Source: Wocania arenilitoris
GTDB lineage: Bacteria > Bacteroidota > Bacteroidia > Flavobacteriales > Flavobacteriaceae
DNA length: 32,000 nt
Assembly (NCBI RefSeq): GCF_021728535.1
Contig: NZ_JAKKDU010000002.1
Location: 34,932 to 66,931, forward strand
Reading direction: 5' to 3'
Positions 1 through 9,727 of this stretch are shown here, piece by piece. A program made the position numbers and the translations under genes. The notes beneath the pieces were generated by a model. That model did no database searches. It had not been told where the DNA came from and saw only the letters and a list, made by a program, of their open reading frames with translations. Within the stretch, counting starts at the first letter, position 1. Each line of letters opens with the position of its first letter.

Positions 1-1
1 G

Positions 2-829
2 TCTAATTTATGGAATGTGTTAGATGTTTCGAATCAGGAAGAACTGTTGAAATGTGAATGTAAAGATAAAACAGCTCTTGCTATGTCTTGCGAAATAGGC
101 GAGGTAGAACAGCCTTTTCCTAGATGTCCATGGGCAATTGATTTAAGTGATAAGCCGTTTCCGGGCAGAAAAAATTACAAAGGACAATGGGGGGCTGAAG
201 ATCCACTTGGCAATCTAGGAGGCTGGTTTTGGGAGAGTGGATTTGATAAAAACCCAATTACCGATGTTGAGAAAATAAGAGATCTTAATTTCAGAGCAAT
301 GTATGGAGCTTGGGATGCATTAAAGAACGTAGACAAGCTTTACCCTAATTATCGTTTAGGGTGGTCGGCATTTATTGCTGGCAAACGAGAATCCAGAAGG
401 CTTATGGGAGATGTTGTATTGGATGGTGATGATTTTGTAAAACAAACACAATTTTCAGATCCTGCATTTCCTTGTTCGTGGGAGATCGATCTTCATCATC
501 CACACGAATCTTTTGATGAAGGATTACAAGGGCAGGAATTTATATCTAAGGCAACTATAGGAGAAGGGTATAAACACTATGAATACAAAGGAATATACTG
601 GGCTCCTTATCGTACGCTTTATAGCAGAAATATTAATAACCTTTTTATGGCTGGTCGAAATATAAGCGTTACAAGAAAAGGTTTAGGTCCTGTTCGTGTA
701 ATGCGTACCTGTGGTATGATGGGAGAAATAGTAGGCAAAGCAGCCTCTGTATGTGTGCGTCATAAAACAACCCCTAGGGGTGTTTATACAACGTATTTAG
801 ATAACTTGAAGTCTCTTATGCAATCTTAA
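2..829 (+). CDS. FAD-dependent oxidoreductase family protein, C-terminal fragment (5' end lies upstream of the window)
   Basis: The frame is open from nt 2 (SNLWNVLDVS...), so the ATG at 17 is internal. The C-terminal segment YRTLYSRNINNLFMAGRNISVTRKGLGPVRVMRTCGMMGEIVGKAA resembles the C-terminal FAD-contacting region of PF12831-type FAD oxidoreductases, which often flank sulfatases and glycosidases in Bacteroidota loci. Family call by eye only. Confidence 0.6.
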   Translation, partial: SNLWNVLDVSNQEELLKCECKDKTALAMSCEIGEVEQPFPRCPWAIDLSDKPFPGRKNYKGQWGAEDPLGNLGGWFWESGFDKNPITDVEKIRDLNFRAMYGAWDALKNVDKLYPNYRLGWSAFIAGKRESRRLMGDVVLDGDDFVKQTQFSDPAFPCSWEIDLHHPHESFDEGLQGQEFISKATIGEGYKHYEYKGIYWAPYRTLYSRNINNLFMAGRNISVTRKGLGPVRVMRTCGMMGEIVGKAASVCVRHKTTPRGVYTTYLDNLKSLMQS

Positions 830-944
830 TAAAGGACTCGTTCATCAAAATTTAATTTTTTACAATTAATCTATAATAATCTAAACAAATTATTAATCGA
901 ACTAAAGTAATAGTTTTATAAATTAATCAAATTAAGATATACAT

Positions 945-2468
945 ATGATACACAAAAAATCTGCTATATTTTTTTTATCATTTATTATTTTTAACAGTTG
1001 TTTTAAAGATAAGCGTAGTAGTGTTAATAGTAAAAAACCAAACATAATTTTTATTCTTATCGATGATCTTGGATATGGAGATGTTGGATTTAATGGCTCA
1101 ACATATTATGAGACTCCAAAAATAGATGCTTTGGCAAACGAAGGGCTTGTATTTGATAATGCTTATATGTATCCTACATGTTCACCTTCGCGAACCGCTT
1201 TATTTACAGGAAAACAATCTTTTAGAACAGGTGTTTATACAGTACCAGTATTGGAAGAAGGTACTAATAATGAGAATATATTTTCTCATTGGACAGTTGG
1301 GAGACAACATAAAGGATATTCAGAGCTACTCTCAGAGTCTGGTTATAAAATGATTCATATTGGTAAATGGCATTTAGTAGGGCCCTATCCCACAGAAGAA
1401 TTGGCAATGGATTGGCCAATTAAGGAAGGATTGAATCAGCCAAAACCTTGGGATTTTAGTTGGGTAGAACAACACCGTTCCGAAGCAGTAAAGCAATATT
1501 ACCCTGAAGGGAGAGGGTTTTTAAAAAACATAGGAGGAACCTATCGTGGTGACCCAGCATTAGAGGTAGGAGGATATAATAGTGAAACAGGAGGGTATTT
1601 CGCACCATTTAGCAACCCTTTTTTAATTAAAAAGCCTAATGATGAATGGCTAACAGATCGACTAACAGACGAAGCTATAGAATTTATGGATGAATATAAA
1701 GAAACATCCTTTTTTATAAATCTTCATTATTATACTGTTCACAGACCATTACGATCTAGAAGTGATAAACTTTTTAAAAAATACATGAATAAAAAGGGAG
1801 ATACTATTTTAGGACAAGGTTTAGAGTTAGGTGAGAAAAAAAAATATGTGGCACGTTATGCCACCATGATTGAATCTCTTGATGATAATATAGGTAGGAT
1901 AGTAAGGTTTCTTGAAAATAATCAATTAAGAGAAGATACTATTATAATTTTCACTTCCGATAATGGGCATAATAATACAAGCAATAATAGATTAAGAGGA
2001 TCAAAGGGAATGGTTTATGAGGGAGGAATTAAAGTGCCAATGTTTGTAAATTGGCCTTCTAATATAAACAAAGGAAGGACAAATACCCCTATTGAAGCTA
2101 CAGATTATTTTCCTACTTTCATGGATTTGGCGGATATTGATTACAAAGGAGTTTTAGATGGTAAATCTTTTACAAGTCTGTTTGATGGTAAGACAGATGA
2201 AGATTTATTAGATAGACCGTTATTTTGGCATATAGCAAGTCAATATAAACATGGAACATGTTCGGTTATTAGAAAAAATAATTATAAGCTTATTCAATTT
2301 CTGAAAGACGGTAGCGTGGAGTTGTATAATCTTGAAGATGACCCAATGGAAAGTATTGATTTATCAGAAACTAAAATTGAAATAAAAGAAGAATTATTAA
2401 ATGAGTTGGTTGGGTGGAGAAAAAACAATAAAGTACCGTTACCTCCAAATTCTATTTTAAAAAACTGA
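945..2468 (+). CDS. S1-family (formylglycine-dependent) sulfatase, lipoprotein
   Basis: 507-aa ORF. The N-terminal signal has a lipobox-like FIIFNSC. Metal-binding IFILIDDLGYGD is present, the canonical C-S-P-S-R formylglycine motif (CSPSRTALFTGK) lies at nt 1179-1193, and GKWHL and FTSDNGH motifs follow. Confidence 0.9.
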   Translation: MIHKKSAIFFLSFIIFNSCFKDKRSSVNSKKPNIIFILIDDLGYGDVGFNGSTYYETPKIDALANEGLVFDNAYMYPTCSPSRTALFTGKQSFRTGVYTVPVLEEGTNNENIFSHWTVGRQHKGYSELLSESGYKMIHIGKWHLVGPYPTEELAMDWPIKEGLNQPKPWDFSWVEQHRSEAVKQYYPEGRGFLKNIGGTYRGDPALEVGGYNSETGGYFAPFSNPFLIKKPNDEWLTDRLTDEAIEFMDEYKETSFFINLHYYTVHRPLRSRSDKLFKKYMNKKGDTILGQGLELGEKKKYVARYATMIESLDDNIGRIVRFLENNQLREDTIIIFTSDNGHNNTSNNRLRGSKGMVYEGGIKVPMFVNWPSNINKGRTNTPIEATDYFPTFMDLADIDYKGVLDGKSFTSLFDGKTDEDLLDRPLFWHIASQYKHGTCSVIRKNNYKLIQFLKDGSVELYNLEDDPMESIDLSETKIEIKEELLNELVGWRKNNKVPLPPNSILKN

Positions 2469-2880
2469 TAACCCTGTGTAAGAATATGATTGTTTTTTAA
2501 AATGTTTTTTTATAACTTTTTAAGTTATATGCGCCTTGTGTCAAATCTGGGTAAATAAATCTAAAATATGTCAAATATTTTTATAATTTTAGCTGACAGC
2601 AAAAACCCTTAAGAATTATTATAAAGGATTATAGAGGTCTATTAATTTGCTAAAATTTATGAGTTAGAGTGTTGTGTTTTTTAAGTAATTTTTCAAATCA
2701 AATCTAAATATAACAATCTCTTACTTTTGCTAGGTAAGTTTAATTTAAAGAGTATTGTTTATTAAATTTTGTTACATATTTAAACATTTCTCTAGCAAAT
2801 AATACTTACCACTTTTAGTGCGTATAAACTAAAATTAAAAATTAACAAACAACCAATTTCTAAAAAAAAATACTACTTTA

Positions 2881-5800
2881 ATGAATAGTCAAATTAAGAT
2901 GAAATATTTTTCTAAATTGTTTTTATTGCTTTTTCTTGTTTTTTATCAATGCATTGATAAAAAACAAGAAAAAGTTCTAATAGTAGGTAATAATAAAGCA
3001 GAAGACATACCTTTATTTAGTTTAATAGAAGGAGATTCTATAGGTATAGGGTTTAAAAATCTTTTACCTGAAGATGAAAAAATGAACAGTATTTTTTACG
3101 AATATTTTTATAATGGAGGAGGAGTTTCTGTTGCCGATATTGATGGAGATAATTTACCTGAACTTTTTTTTACAGGTAATTTAGCACATAATAAGTTATA
3201 TAAGAACCTTGGAAACTTTAGATTTAAAGATATAACAAAGGAAGTGGGGCTGTGGGATTCTCCTAGTTGGACAACTGGTACAACTATGGTAGATATTAAT
3301 AATGATGGTATTCAGGATATTTATGTTTGCCGATCGGGTAAACTGGATGAGGATAAAAGGAGGAATCTTTTTTTTGTTTCACATAAAAAGGGAAATACCT
3401 TTAGTTACATAGAAAAAGCCAAACAATATGGCATAGATGATCCTGGATTTTCAACCCAAGCCCTTTTTTTTGATTATGATCGTGATAACGATTTAGATGT
3501 CTTTATTCTTAACCATAACGTTTTTATAGATGCTACCTATGATGATTTAAGTAAAATAAGAGAGAAAAGAGACCCTTATGTGGGCGATCACTTGTACCGT
3601 AACGATAATGGTAAATTTGTTGATGTCTCTCTAGCATCTGGTATTATAGGTAATTCTATTGGGTTTGGTCTTGGGGTATCTGCAGGAGATGTTAATAACG
3701 ATGGTTGGCCAGACGTATTTGTTGCAAATGATTATTCAGAGCATGATTACCTTTATATAAACCAAGGGGATGGAACTTTTAAAGAATCCTTGAAATCTAT
3801 GGTAGACCATATTTCCAATTTCTCTATGGGATCAGATATAGCAGATATCAATAATGATGGTTGGGCCGATATTATTACATTAGATATGGTTGCAGAGGAT
3901 AACTATGGTATAAAAACCAGTATGAGCGGTATGAATCCTAAAGCATTTAACCAAGCAGTAACGAACGGCTTTCACTATCAATATATGTTCAATACTTTAC
4001 AATTGAATAATGGGAATAATCATTTCAGCGATATAGCTCAAATGGCAGGACTTTCCAATACAGATTGGAGTTGGGCGCCATTAATAGCGGATTTTGATAA
4101 TGATGGTTATAAGGATATTTTTATAACCAATGGACTAAAACGAGATTTTAGGAATAATGATTATCAAAAATATAGAATTAAAAAATTGGAAGAAGCTGAA
4201 AAAAATAATGTAAAAGATAAAGCTTCACTTATAAAGGAATTAGTCAATTTAACTCCCATGAGAAAAAAGGAGAATTACCTTTTTAAGAATAATGGTGATT
4301 TAAGGTTTACTAAAATGAACAGAAAATGGGGAATTAATCAAAAAACATTTTCAAATGGAGCTGCATATGCTGATTTGGATAATGATGGAGATCTAGATTT
4401 AATAGTAAACAATGTTGATGAATCCCCAACAATTTACCAAAATAACTTACCAATAAATGAGCAAAATTTTTTGGATATAACATTTATTGGACCTAAAAAT
4501 AATACAAACGGCATAGGATCCAAGGTTATTGTTAGATATAATGGGGAAGAACAAGTACAAGAATATTACCCTACTAGAGGATATCAGTCTTCGGTAAGTT
4601 GTGGAGTGCATTTTGGATTAGGAAGAGCCAATATAATAGATGAAGTACTTCTTATTTGGGCAGATGGCAGATATGAAACAATTAAAAATGTAAAAGTAAA
4701 CCAAAAAATTATTGGCTATTACAGCAATGCTTCTAATAACTATGATTTTTCAAATATACAAGCCAAAACAGATAAGCAAATATTTACAGATTGTACTGAA
4801 GATTATGATATTAAATATTGTCATCAGGAGAATAATTATGACGATTTTGAAAAAGAAAGTTTGTTGCCGCATAAAATGTCCCAATTTGGTCCTGCTTTGT
4901 GTGTAGGAGATATAAATGGAGATAATCTTGACGATTTTTATATAGGTGGAGCACATACTTTTTCAGGAGCGTTATATGTACAAACAGAAGAGGGAACATT
5001 TAAAAAAACCAATAAGGTATTGTGGCATAAAGAAAAGGATTATGAAGATTTAGATGCTTCTTTTTTTGATGCAGATAACGATGGTGATTTAGATCTTTAT
5101 GTTGTTAGTGGGGGGAATGAATTTTCAAAAAATAATAGTTTATACGAAGATAGGCTTTACAAAAATGATGGAAAAGGAAATTTTGTTAGAGACAAAAAAG
5201 TATTGCCACGCATATTTAATAGTGGTTCTGTAGTTAAACCATACGACTATGATAATGATGGAGATTTAGACCTTTTTATAGGTGGCAGATTATCACCCTC
5301 TAAATATCCTTTTTCAACGTCATCTACAATATTACAAAACAATAAAGGCGTTTTTACAGATGTTACAAAGCAAATAGCCCCAGAATTGGAAGATTTAGGT
5401 ATGGTTACCGATGCCATATGGTCTGATTTTGATCGAGATGGCGATGTAGATTTATTTATTGTAGGAGAATGGATGCCGATTACAGTTTTCGAAAACACTA
5501 ATGGCAGTTATAAGAAACAAATTCCTAAGGGTCTTGAGAACTCAAATGGATGGTGGTTTGGAGTTGCTGGAGAAGATTTTGATCGTGATGGGGATATTGA
5601 TTTTATTGTTGGGAATCTAGGACTAAATTATAAGTATAAAGCAACAATTGACGAACCCTTTGAAGTTTATTCTAATGATTTTGATAATAATGGTTCATTA
5701 GATATAGTACTTGGATATTATAATCAAGGTAATTTATTTCCATTAAGAGGAAGACAGTGCTCATCAAACCAAATGCCATTTATTAAGAAAAAATTTCCAA

Positions 5801-6255
5801 CATATGATGCTTTTGCCAAAGCAAACCTTTATGATGTTTATGATGAAAATAGTCTCAAGGAATCCCTTCATAAGAAAGTATATACATTTGCATCATCTGT
5901 TATTTATAATCAAGGTAATGGTGAGTTTACCATTGAAGAATTGCCAGAACTAGCGCAATTATCTTCTATAAATTCTATATTAGTAGATGATTATAATAAA
6001 GATTCAATTAATGATGTAATAATTGCTGGTAACCTTTATAGTTCGGAAGTAGAGACAACAAGAAACGATGCGGGATATGGATTATTACTAACTGTAGATA
6101 ATAAAGGAATGTTTAAACCCCAAAATTATGTTTCTTCAGGCTTAGCTTTGTATGGAGATGTTAAAAAAATGAGAAAAATAAAAATCAAAAACAAGTATTC
6201 AGCAGTTTTAGTTGCTAAAAATAATAATTGTCTTCAATTAATTAAAGTCAATTAA
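2881..6255 (+). CDS. FG-GAP/VCBS-repeat protein with ASPIC/UnbV domain (CRTAC1-like), lipoprotein
   Basis: 1124-aa ORF with signal FLVFYQC. At least 13 Ca-binding DxDxDG-type repeats are present (DIDGDNLPELFF, DINNDGIQDIYV, DVNNDGWPDVFVAN, DLDNDGDLDLIVNN, DADNDGDLDLYVVSGG, DFDRDGDVDLFIVGEW and others) in two blocks. The blocks are separated by an ASPIC/UnbV-like segment (IGSKVIVRYNGEEQVQEYYPTRGYQSSVSCGVHFGLG). Confidence 0.8.
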   Translation: MNSQIKMKYFSKLFLLLFLVFYQCIDKKQEKVLIVGNNKAEDIPLFSLIEGDSIGIGFKNLLPEDEKMNSIFYEYFYNGGGVSVADIDGDNLPELFFTGNLAHNKLYKNLGNFRFKDITKEVGLWDSPSWTTGTTMVDINNDGIQDIYVCRSGKLDEDKRRNLFFVSHKKGNTFSYIEKAKQYGIDDPGFSTQALFFDYDRDNDLDVFILNHNVFIDATYDDLSKIREKRDPYVGDHLYRNDNGKFVDVSLASGIIGNSIGFGLGVSAGDVNNDGWPDVFVANDYSEHDYLYINQGDGTFKESLKSMVDHISNFSMGSDIADINNDGWADIITLDMVAEDNYGIKTSMSGMNPKAFNQAVTNGFHYQYMFNTLQLNNGNNHFSDIAQMAGLSNTDWSWAPLIADFDNDGYKDIFITNGLKRDFRNNDYQKYRIKKLEEAEKNNVKDKASLIKELVNLTPMRKKENYLFKNNGDLRFTKMNRKWGINQKTFSNGAAYADLDNDGDLDLIVNNVDESPTIYQNNLPINEQNFLDITFIGPKNNTNGIGSKVIVRYNGEEQVQEYYPTRGYQSSVSCGVHFGLGRANIIDEVLLIWADGRYETIKNVKVNQKIIGYYSNASNNYDFSNIQAKTDKQIFTDCTEDYDIKYCHQENNYDDFEKESLLPHKMSQFGPALCVGDINGDNLDDFYIGGAHTFSGALYVQTEEGTFKKTNKVLWHKEKDYEDLDASFFDADNDGDLDLYVVSGGNEFSKNNSLYEDRLYKNDGKGNFVRDKKVLPRIFNSGSVVKPYDYDNDGDLDLFIGGRLSPSKYPFSTSSTILQNNKGVFTDVTKQIAPELEDLGMVTDAIWSDFDRDGDVDLFIVGEWMPITVFENTNGSYKKQIPKGLENSNGWWFGVAGEDFDRDGDIDFIVGNLGLNYKYKATIDEPFEVYSNDFDNNGSLDIVLGYYNQGNLFPLRGRQCSSNQMPFIKKKFPTYDAFAKANLYDVYDENSLKESLHKKVYTFASSVIYNQGNGEFTIEELPELAQLSSINSILVDDYNKDSINDVIIAGNLYSSEVETTRNDAGYGLLLTVDNKGMFKPQNYVSSGLALYGDVKKMRKIKIKNKYSAVLVAKNNNCLQLIKVN

Positions 6256-6356
6256 TTTACTATTAATTAAATTCAATTCAACTGAAATATAAGTTGTCTT
6301 TAATTGTTTATGCAGCAATTAAATTTGTTTCATTGCAAAGAAAACACAAACCAAGT

Positions 6357-7754
6357 ATGTCTATATTAAATAAATGCACCAAAGAGTTTATTTTAGTAAC
6401 TATTTTTATTGCCCAATTTTTTATAGCATGTGGGCCACCAAAATGTAAGGAAGATATAATTGTAAAACATGATGGTCATTTACAAAAGGATAATCAATTA
6501 AGATATGATATATCAATAAGTACAGTAAGTAAAGGTGATGTAATTATAAAATATTGGAAAACGAACGAAAAAGGTAAATCTTTTTTTTCAAAAAAGTCGA
6601 TTGATACTACTGAGCATCTAATAACGTTGTCCTTACTCAATGAGAATGAAAATTACAGTTATAAAGTTTTATTTAACAATGATAAATGCTTTTCAGAAAC
6701 TAAACCATACTCGTTTTCTACAAATGAAATTAATGTCCCTATAACACCTTTAACTTGGGAAAAATTTACTAAGTCTTCATACAATGGATACATTCTTTTA
6801 CAAAGAAGAAGTTGGAATGGGAATGTACACCTATTAGATCCTGATGGGAAGATTGTTTGGTATCAGCGATTTGAAGGAGAGCCCAAGGTGTCGCATTGGA
6901 CTAATGAAAATAAAATTTTGGTGATACTTGGTAATGATGCACACAAGAATAGTAGCGGAAGTGAAATAATGGAATACGATTTATCTGGAAATAGGACCCT
7001 TTATTTTGGAGGACATAATTTCCCATATGAGGCCCATCATGAAGTTAGACTAACGCCTCAAGGCTATATTGCAACATTAGCTTATGAAAGTAGGGTTTAT
7101 GATTTAAGTACAATTGGAGGAAATGCTAGCCAATCAATTACAGGAGATTGCATAGTTATTTTAGACAGAGAAGGGAACTTAAAGTGGAAATGGTCTGTTT
7201 TTGATCATCTTGATCCTAGATTAGACCCTAATATTTTAGAACACATGGATGATTGGGGTCATGCTAATGCTTTTTCTTATGATATTGATGGCAATATTTT
7301 AATTTCTTTTAGGGATTGGAATCAAATATGGAAGATAGATAATAAAAGCGGAGAAATTATATGGAAGTTTGGGCAAAATGGGGATTTCAACATTGATAAG
7401 AATTATTATTTTAGCGCTCAGCATGACATTCATATTAATCCATTTAAAGAATATATGATTTTTGATAATGGTAAAGAAAAAAGAAAAACGCGATTACTGT
7501 CTTTTAAATTGAATGAAATTAATAAGACTGCTTATCCTAGGTTATGCTTGGAAATGCCAGATGAGTTTTATGCAGATAGAATGGGGAGTTCGTATGTTAT
7601 AAATAAAAACAATCTACTAGTTTGTATACCAAGATCTAGAAAAATATTAGTTATGGATAAAAAGGGAAAAGTTCTTTGTCAAGCACATGTTGGAATTCCT
7701 GACCCTTACAGGGCAGAGTATATACCAATAGAAAAGCTAATTAATAATAAATAG
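6357..7754 (+). CDS. Aryl-sulfate sulfotransferase (ASST)-like beta-propeller lipoprotein
   Basis: The ORF-track start at 6294 is TTG. The ATG at 6357 gives MSILNKCTKEFILVTIFIAQFFIAC, a good lipoprotein signal. Motifs EAHHEVRLTPQGY, DWGHANAFSYDIDGNILISFRDWNQIWKIDNKSGEIIWKFG and SAQHDIHINPFKEYMIFDNG match my recollection of Arylsulfotrans/Arylsulfotran_2 propellers. The function call is less certain than the existence of the ORF. Confidence 0.6.
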   Translation: MSILNKCTKEFILVTIFIAQFFIACGPPKCKEDIIVKHDGHLQKDNQLRYDISISTVSKGDVIIKYWKTNEKGKSFFSKKSIDTTEHLITLSLLNENENYSYKVLFNNDKCFSETKPYSFSTNEINVPITPLTWEKFTKSSYNGYILLQRRSWNGNVHLLDPDGKIVWYQRFEGEPKVSHWTNENKILVILGNDAHKNSSGSEIMEYDLSGNRTLYFGGHNFPYEAHHEVRLTPQGYIATLAYESRVYDLSTIGGNASQSITGDCIVILDREGNLKWKWSVFDHLDPRLDPNILEHMDDWGHANAFSYDIDGNILISFRDWNQIWKIDNKSGEIIWKFGQNGDFNIDKNYYFSAQHDIHINPFKEYMIFDNGKEKRKTRLLSFKLNEINKTAYPRLCLEMPDEFYADRMGSSYVINKNNLLVCIPRSRKILVMDKKGKVLCQAHVGIPDPYRAEYIPIEKLINNK

Positions 7755-7788
7755 TTTAAGCTGATCATTGCCATGTCGTAATATTCAT

Positions 7789-7850
7789 ATAAGGTTGTGT
7801 AAAGGTGTTTTGTTAAATTTTCTATAAAAAAAAATTTCAACTTTGTTTTT
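7789..7850 (+). promoter_or_regulatory. Conserved intergenic element, copy A (TAAGGTTGTGTAAAGGTGTTTTGTTAAATTTT ... CAACTTTGTTT)
   Basis: This element is near-identical to the one at 10978-11038. Both share the 14-nt core TGTAAAGGTGTTTT (7798-7811) and a CTTTGTTT box 42-43 nt downstream. It lies between the ASST-like gene and the sulfatase starting at 8041. Function unknown. Confidence 0.3.
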
Positions 7851-8040
7851 AACGTTGACATCATGTTTTTTAAAAGCAACAATTTTAGTTTAGTTTCTTG
7901 CAAAGCTGGTTTTGTGTCTTTTTAGATTGTTTGTAGTAATTCAATCAAAGTAAGTAAAGAATTTTAAATTAAAAATTATTGATATATATCTAAAATTATT
8001 AAATTAACTAGGAGTAAGTTTTTTATTCAAAAATAAATAA

Positions 8041-9507
8041 ATGTATAGTATTAAAGTTGTATTTTTCTGTATCGCTCTATCAATGTTGTTATGTTGTAAA
8101 ACAAAAGAGGATAATATTCAAAACATAAGTGAAGACTTGCCTAACATAATATTAATAGTAGCCGATGACTTGGGTTATGCAGATATGGGTTGTGCTAAAC
8201 TTGCCAACGATGTTAGTACTCCAAATATAGACCGTATAGCAACAAGTGGGGTGCGTTTCCCACAGGCATATCAGTCTTCTCCTATTTGTAGTGTATCTAG
8301 GGTTGGGATGATAACGGGAATTTATCCACAGCGTTTAGGCTCTTATTGGTATAGTGCAGAGGGTTTGCACGATTCTAAATTTAAAACTATCCCAGAGTTA
8401 TTAAGTCAAAAGCAATATAAATCAGGTTATGTGGGTAAAGTTCATTATGGAGATAATGATTCCGATATATCCAATCGAAGTTTCCCCTTAAATCATGGAT
8501 TTGATTATTATTTTGGGCATACGTCTGCAAGAAAGCATTATATGAATCATAGAAAAGAGATTGAAGAGGATTTTTTAGAAGCAAAAAAAACATATAAAAG
8601 AAAAGGGCAAACGTTAAGACAAGGATCTCTTTGGGAAAACTATAAGCCTGTTGATACAACAGCTTTTTTAACAGAGCTAATAGGTCATCATTCTAGAGCA
8701 TTTATTGAAAGAAATAAAGAGAGTAAGTTTTTTCTTCAAATTGCATTTAATGCAGTTCACAATTTCACGCATCAACTTCCTCAAAAATATATGGATAGCT
8801 TAAAAATTAAAGGGTACCATGATTGGAATCCTGAAAAGGAAGACTATTATGATTGGTATGTTAAAGGAAGATACCCCAACAATAAGGAAGGTCGGCAACA
8901 CTATTTAGGGCAACTGTATTATTTAGATAGAGAAATTGGAAAACTTCTGGATTTACTTGAAACACAAGGCTTAAGAGAAAACACTCTAATTGTTTTCATT
9001 AGTGACAATGGAGGCTCAACTCCAATATATGCAAATAATTATCCTTTAAGAGGGTCTAAATATCTTCTATATGAAGGAGGAATGCGAACGCAGATGTTGG
9101 TTTCTTACCCTAAAAAATATCAAAAAGAGAAAGTATGTCAAAATATGGTAAGTGCAATGGATATTCTGCCTTCAATATGTGAAGCTACGGGTATTGAAAT
9201 ACCAAATTATGTAGATGGTATAAGTTTAGATGCCTTGTTACGCGGTAAGGATAAAGGGATACATCATGAAGTTTTGTACTGGGATACAGGTTATGAAATG
9301 GCTGTAAGAAAAGAAAATTGGAAACTACATAAGTCATTTAATGATGAGGAGGCTAAATACGAAATGGTAGAATTGGAACTTGGAGAATTCTTAATTGATC
9401 TTGATAATGATTTAGAAGAAAAATTCAATGTGATTAACGAAGAGACCAAAATAAAAAGAGAGCTAAATGATTTGTACCTTGGATGGAAAGCTTATGTAGC
9501 CAATTAA
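8041..9507 (+). CDS. S1-family sulfatase with non-canonical C-S-V-S-R active-site motif, lipoprotein
   Basis: 488-aa ORF with signal ALSMLLCC. IILIVADDLGYADMG, GKVHYG, FISDNGG and LYEGGMR motifs are present. The formylglycine motif reads PICSVSRVGMITG (nt 8287-8301), with Val where Pro or Ala is expected. Confidence 0.85.
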   Translation: MYSIKVVFFCIALSMLLCCKTKEDNIQNISEDLPNIILIVADDLGYADMGCAKLANDVSTPNIDRIATSGVRFPQAYQSSPICSVSRVGMITGIYPQRLGSYWYSAEGLHDSKFKTIPELLSQKQYKSGYVGKVHYGDNDSDISNRSFPLNHGFDYYFGHTSARKHYMNHRKEIEEDFLEAKKTYKRKGQTLRQGSLWENYKPVDTTAFLTELIGHHSRAFIERNKESKFFLQIAFNAVHNFTHQLPQKYMDSLKIKGYHDWNPEKEDYYDWYVKGRYPNNKEGRQHYLGQLYYLDREIGKLLDLLETQGLRENTLIVFISDNGGSTPIYANNYPLRGSKYLLYEGGMRTQMLVSYPKKYQKEKVCQNMVSAMDILPSICEATGIEIPNYVDGISLDALLRGKDKGIHHEVLYWDTGYEMAVRKENWKLHKSFNDEEAKYEMVELELGEFLIDLDNDLEEKFNVINEETKIKRELNDLYLGWKAYVAN

Positions 9508-9727
9508 TGAGTTTAATAAAAAAGAGAAAAGATTAAGCTATAAAGAAAAGCATTTTAATGTTAGATGATTAAGTGTAAAAAAATATTAAAGATTACGAAA
9601 TTTTATTTGAGAATTTGAAAAGACCCTATAACAACATTGGGGACCGCTCCTTAATTTTTTAACAAGTCTTTGAACAATATAAATCTGGACTTAATACACA
9701 AGAGGTTAAATAATTAAATCAAAACAC

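Noticed and set aside
2511-2529. The hairpin TATAACTT-ttt-AAGTTATA downstream of the first sulfatase could be a terminator, as could a similar weak TATCTT-aaaa-AAGATA near 16420-16440.
   Set aside because: The stems are almost entirely A-T, with one G-C pair, and have no following T-run. In DNA this AT-rich such palindromes are expected by chance.
2469-2880. The 412-nt non-coding gap contains a perfect TAnnTTTG match (TACTTTTG at 2722-2729) and repeated AAATCTAAA strings, which could indicate a promoter or an ncRNA.
   Set aside because: The -7-like box is ~150 nt from the next start codon, and such octamers are frequent in AT-rich spacers. I could not identify a conserved secondary structure or a paired -33 element with confidence.
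3100-5720. The recurrent GATAATGATGG / GATGGTGATTTAGAT strings could be read as DNA tandem repeats or a variable-number repeat locus.
   Set aside because: They are dispersed, in-frame codons for the DxDxDG Ca-binding loops of FG-GAP/VCBS repeats. This is protein-level repetition, not contiguous nucleotide repeats.
7706-7903. Three minus-strand ORFs span intergenic DNA: a 65-aa ORF here, plus similar ones at 18796-18999 (67 aa) and 20424-20684 (86 aa).
   Set aside because: All are Leu/Ile/Phe/Lys-rich products of AT-rich spacer sequence, overlap the ends of well-supported genes, and show no motif. The DNA is better explained as regulatory or leader sequence.
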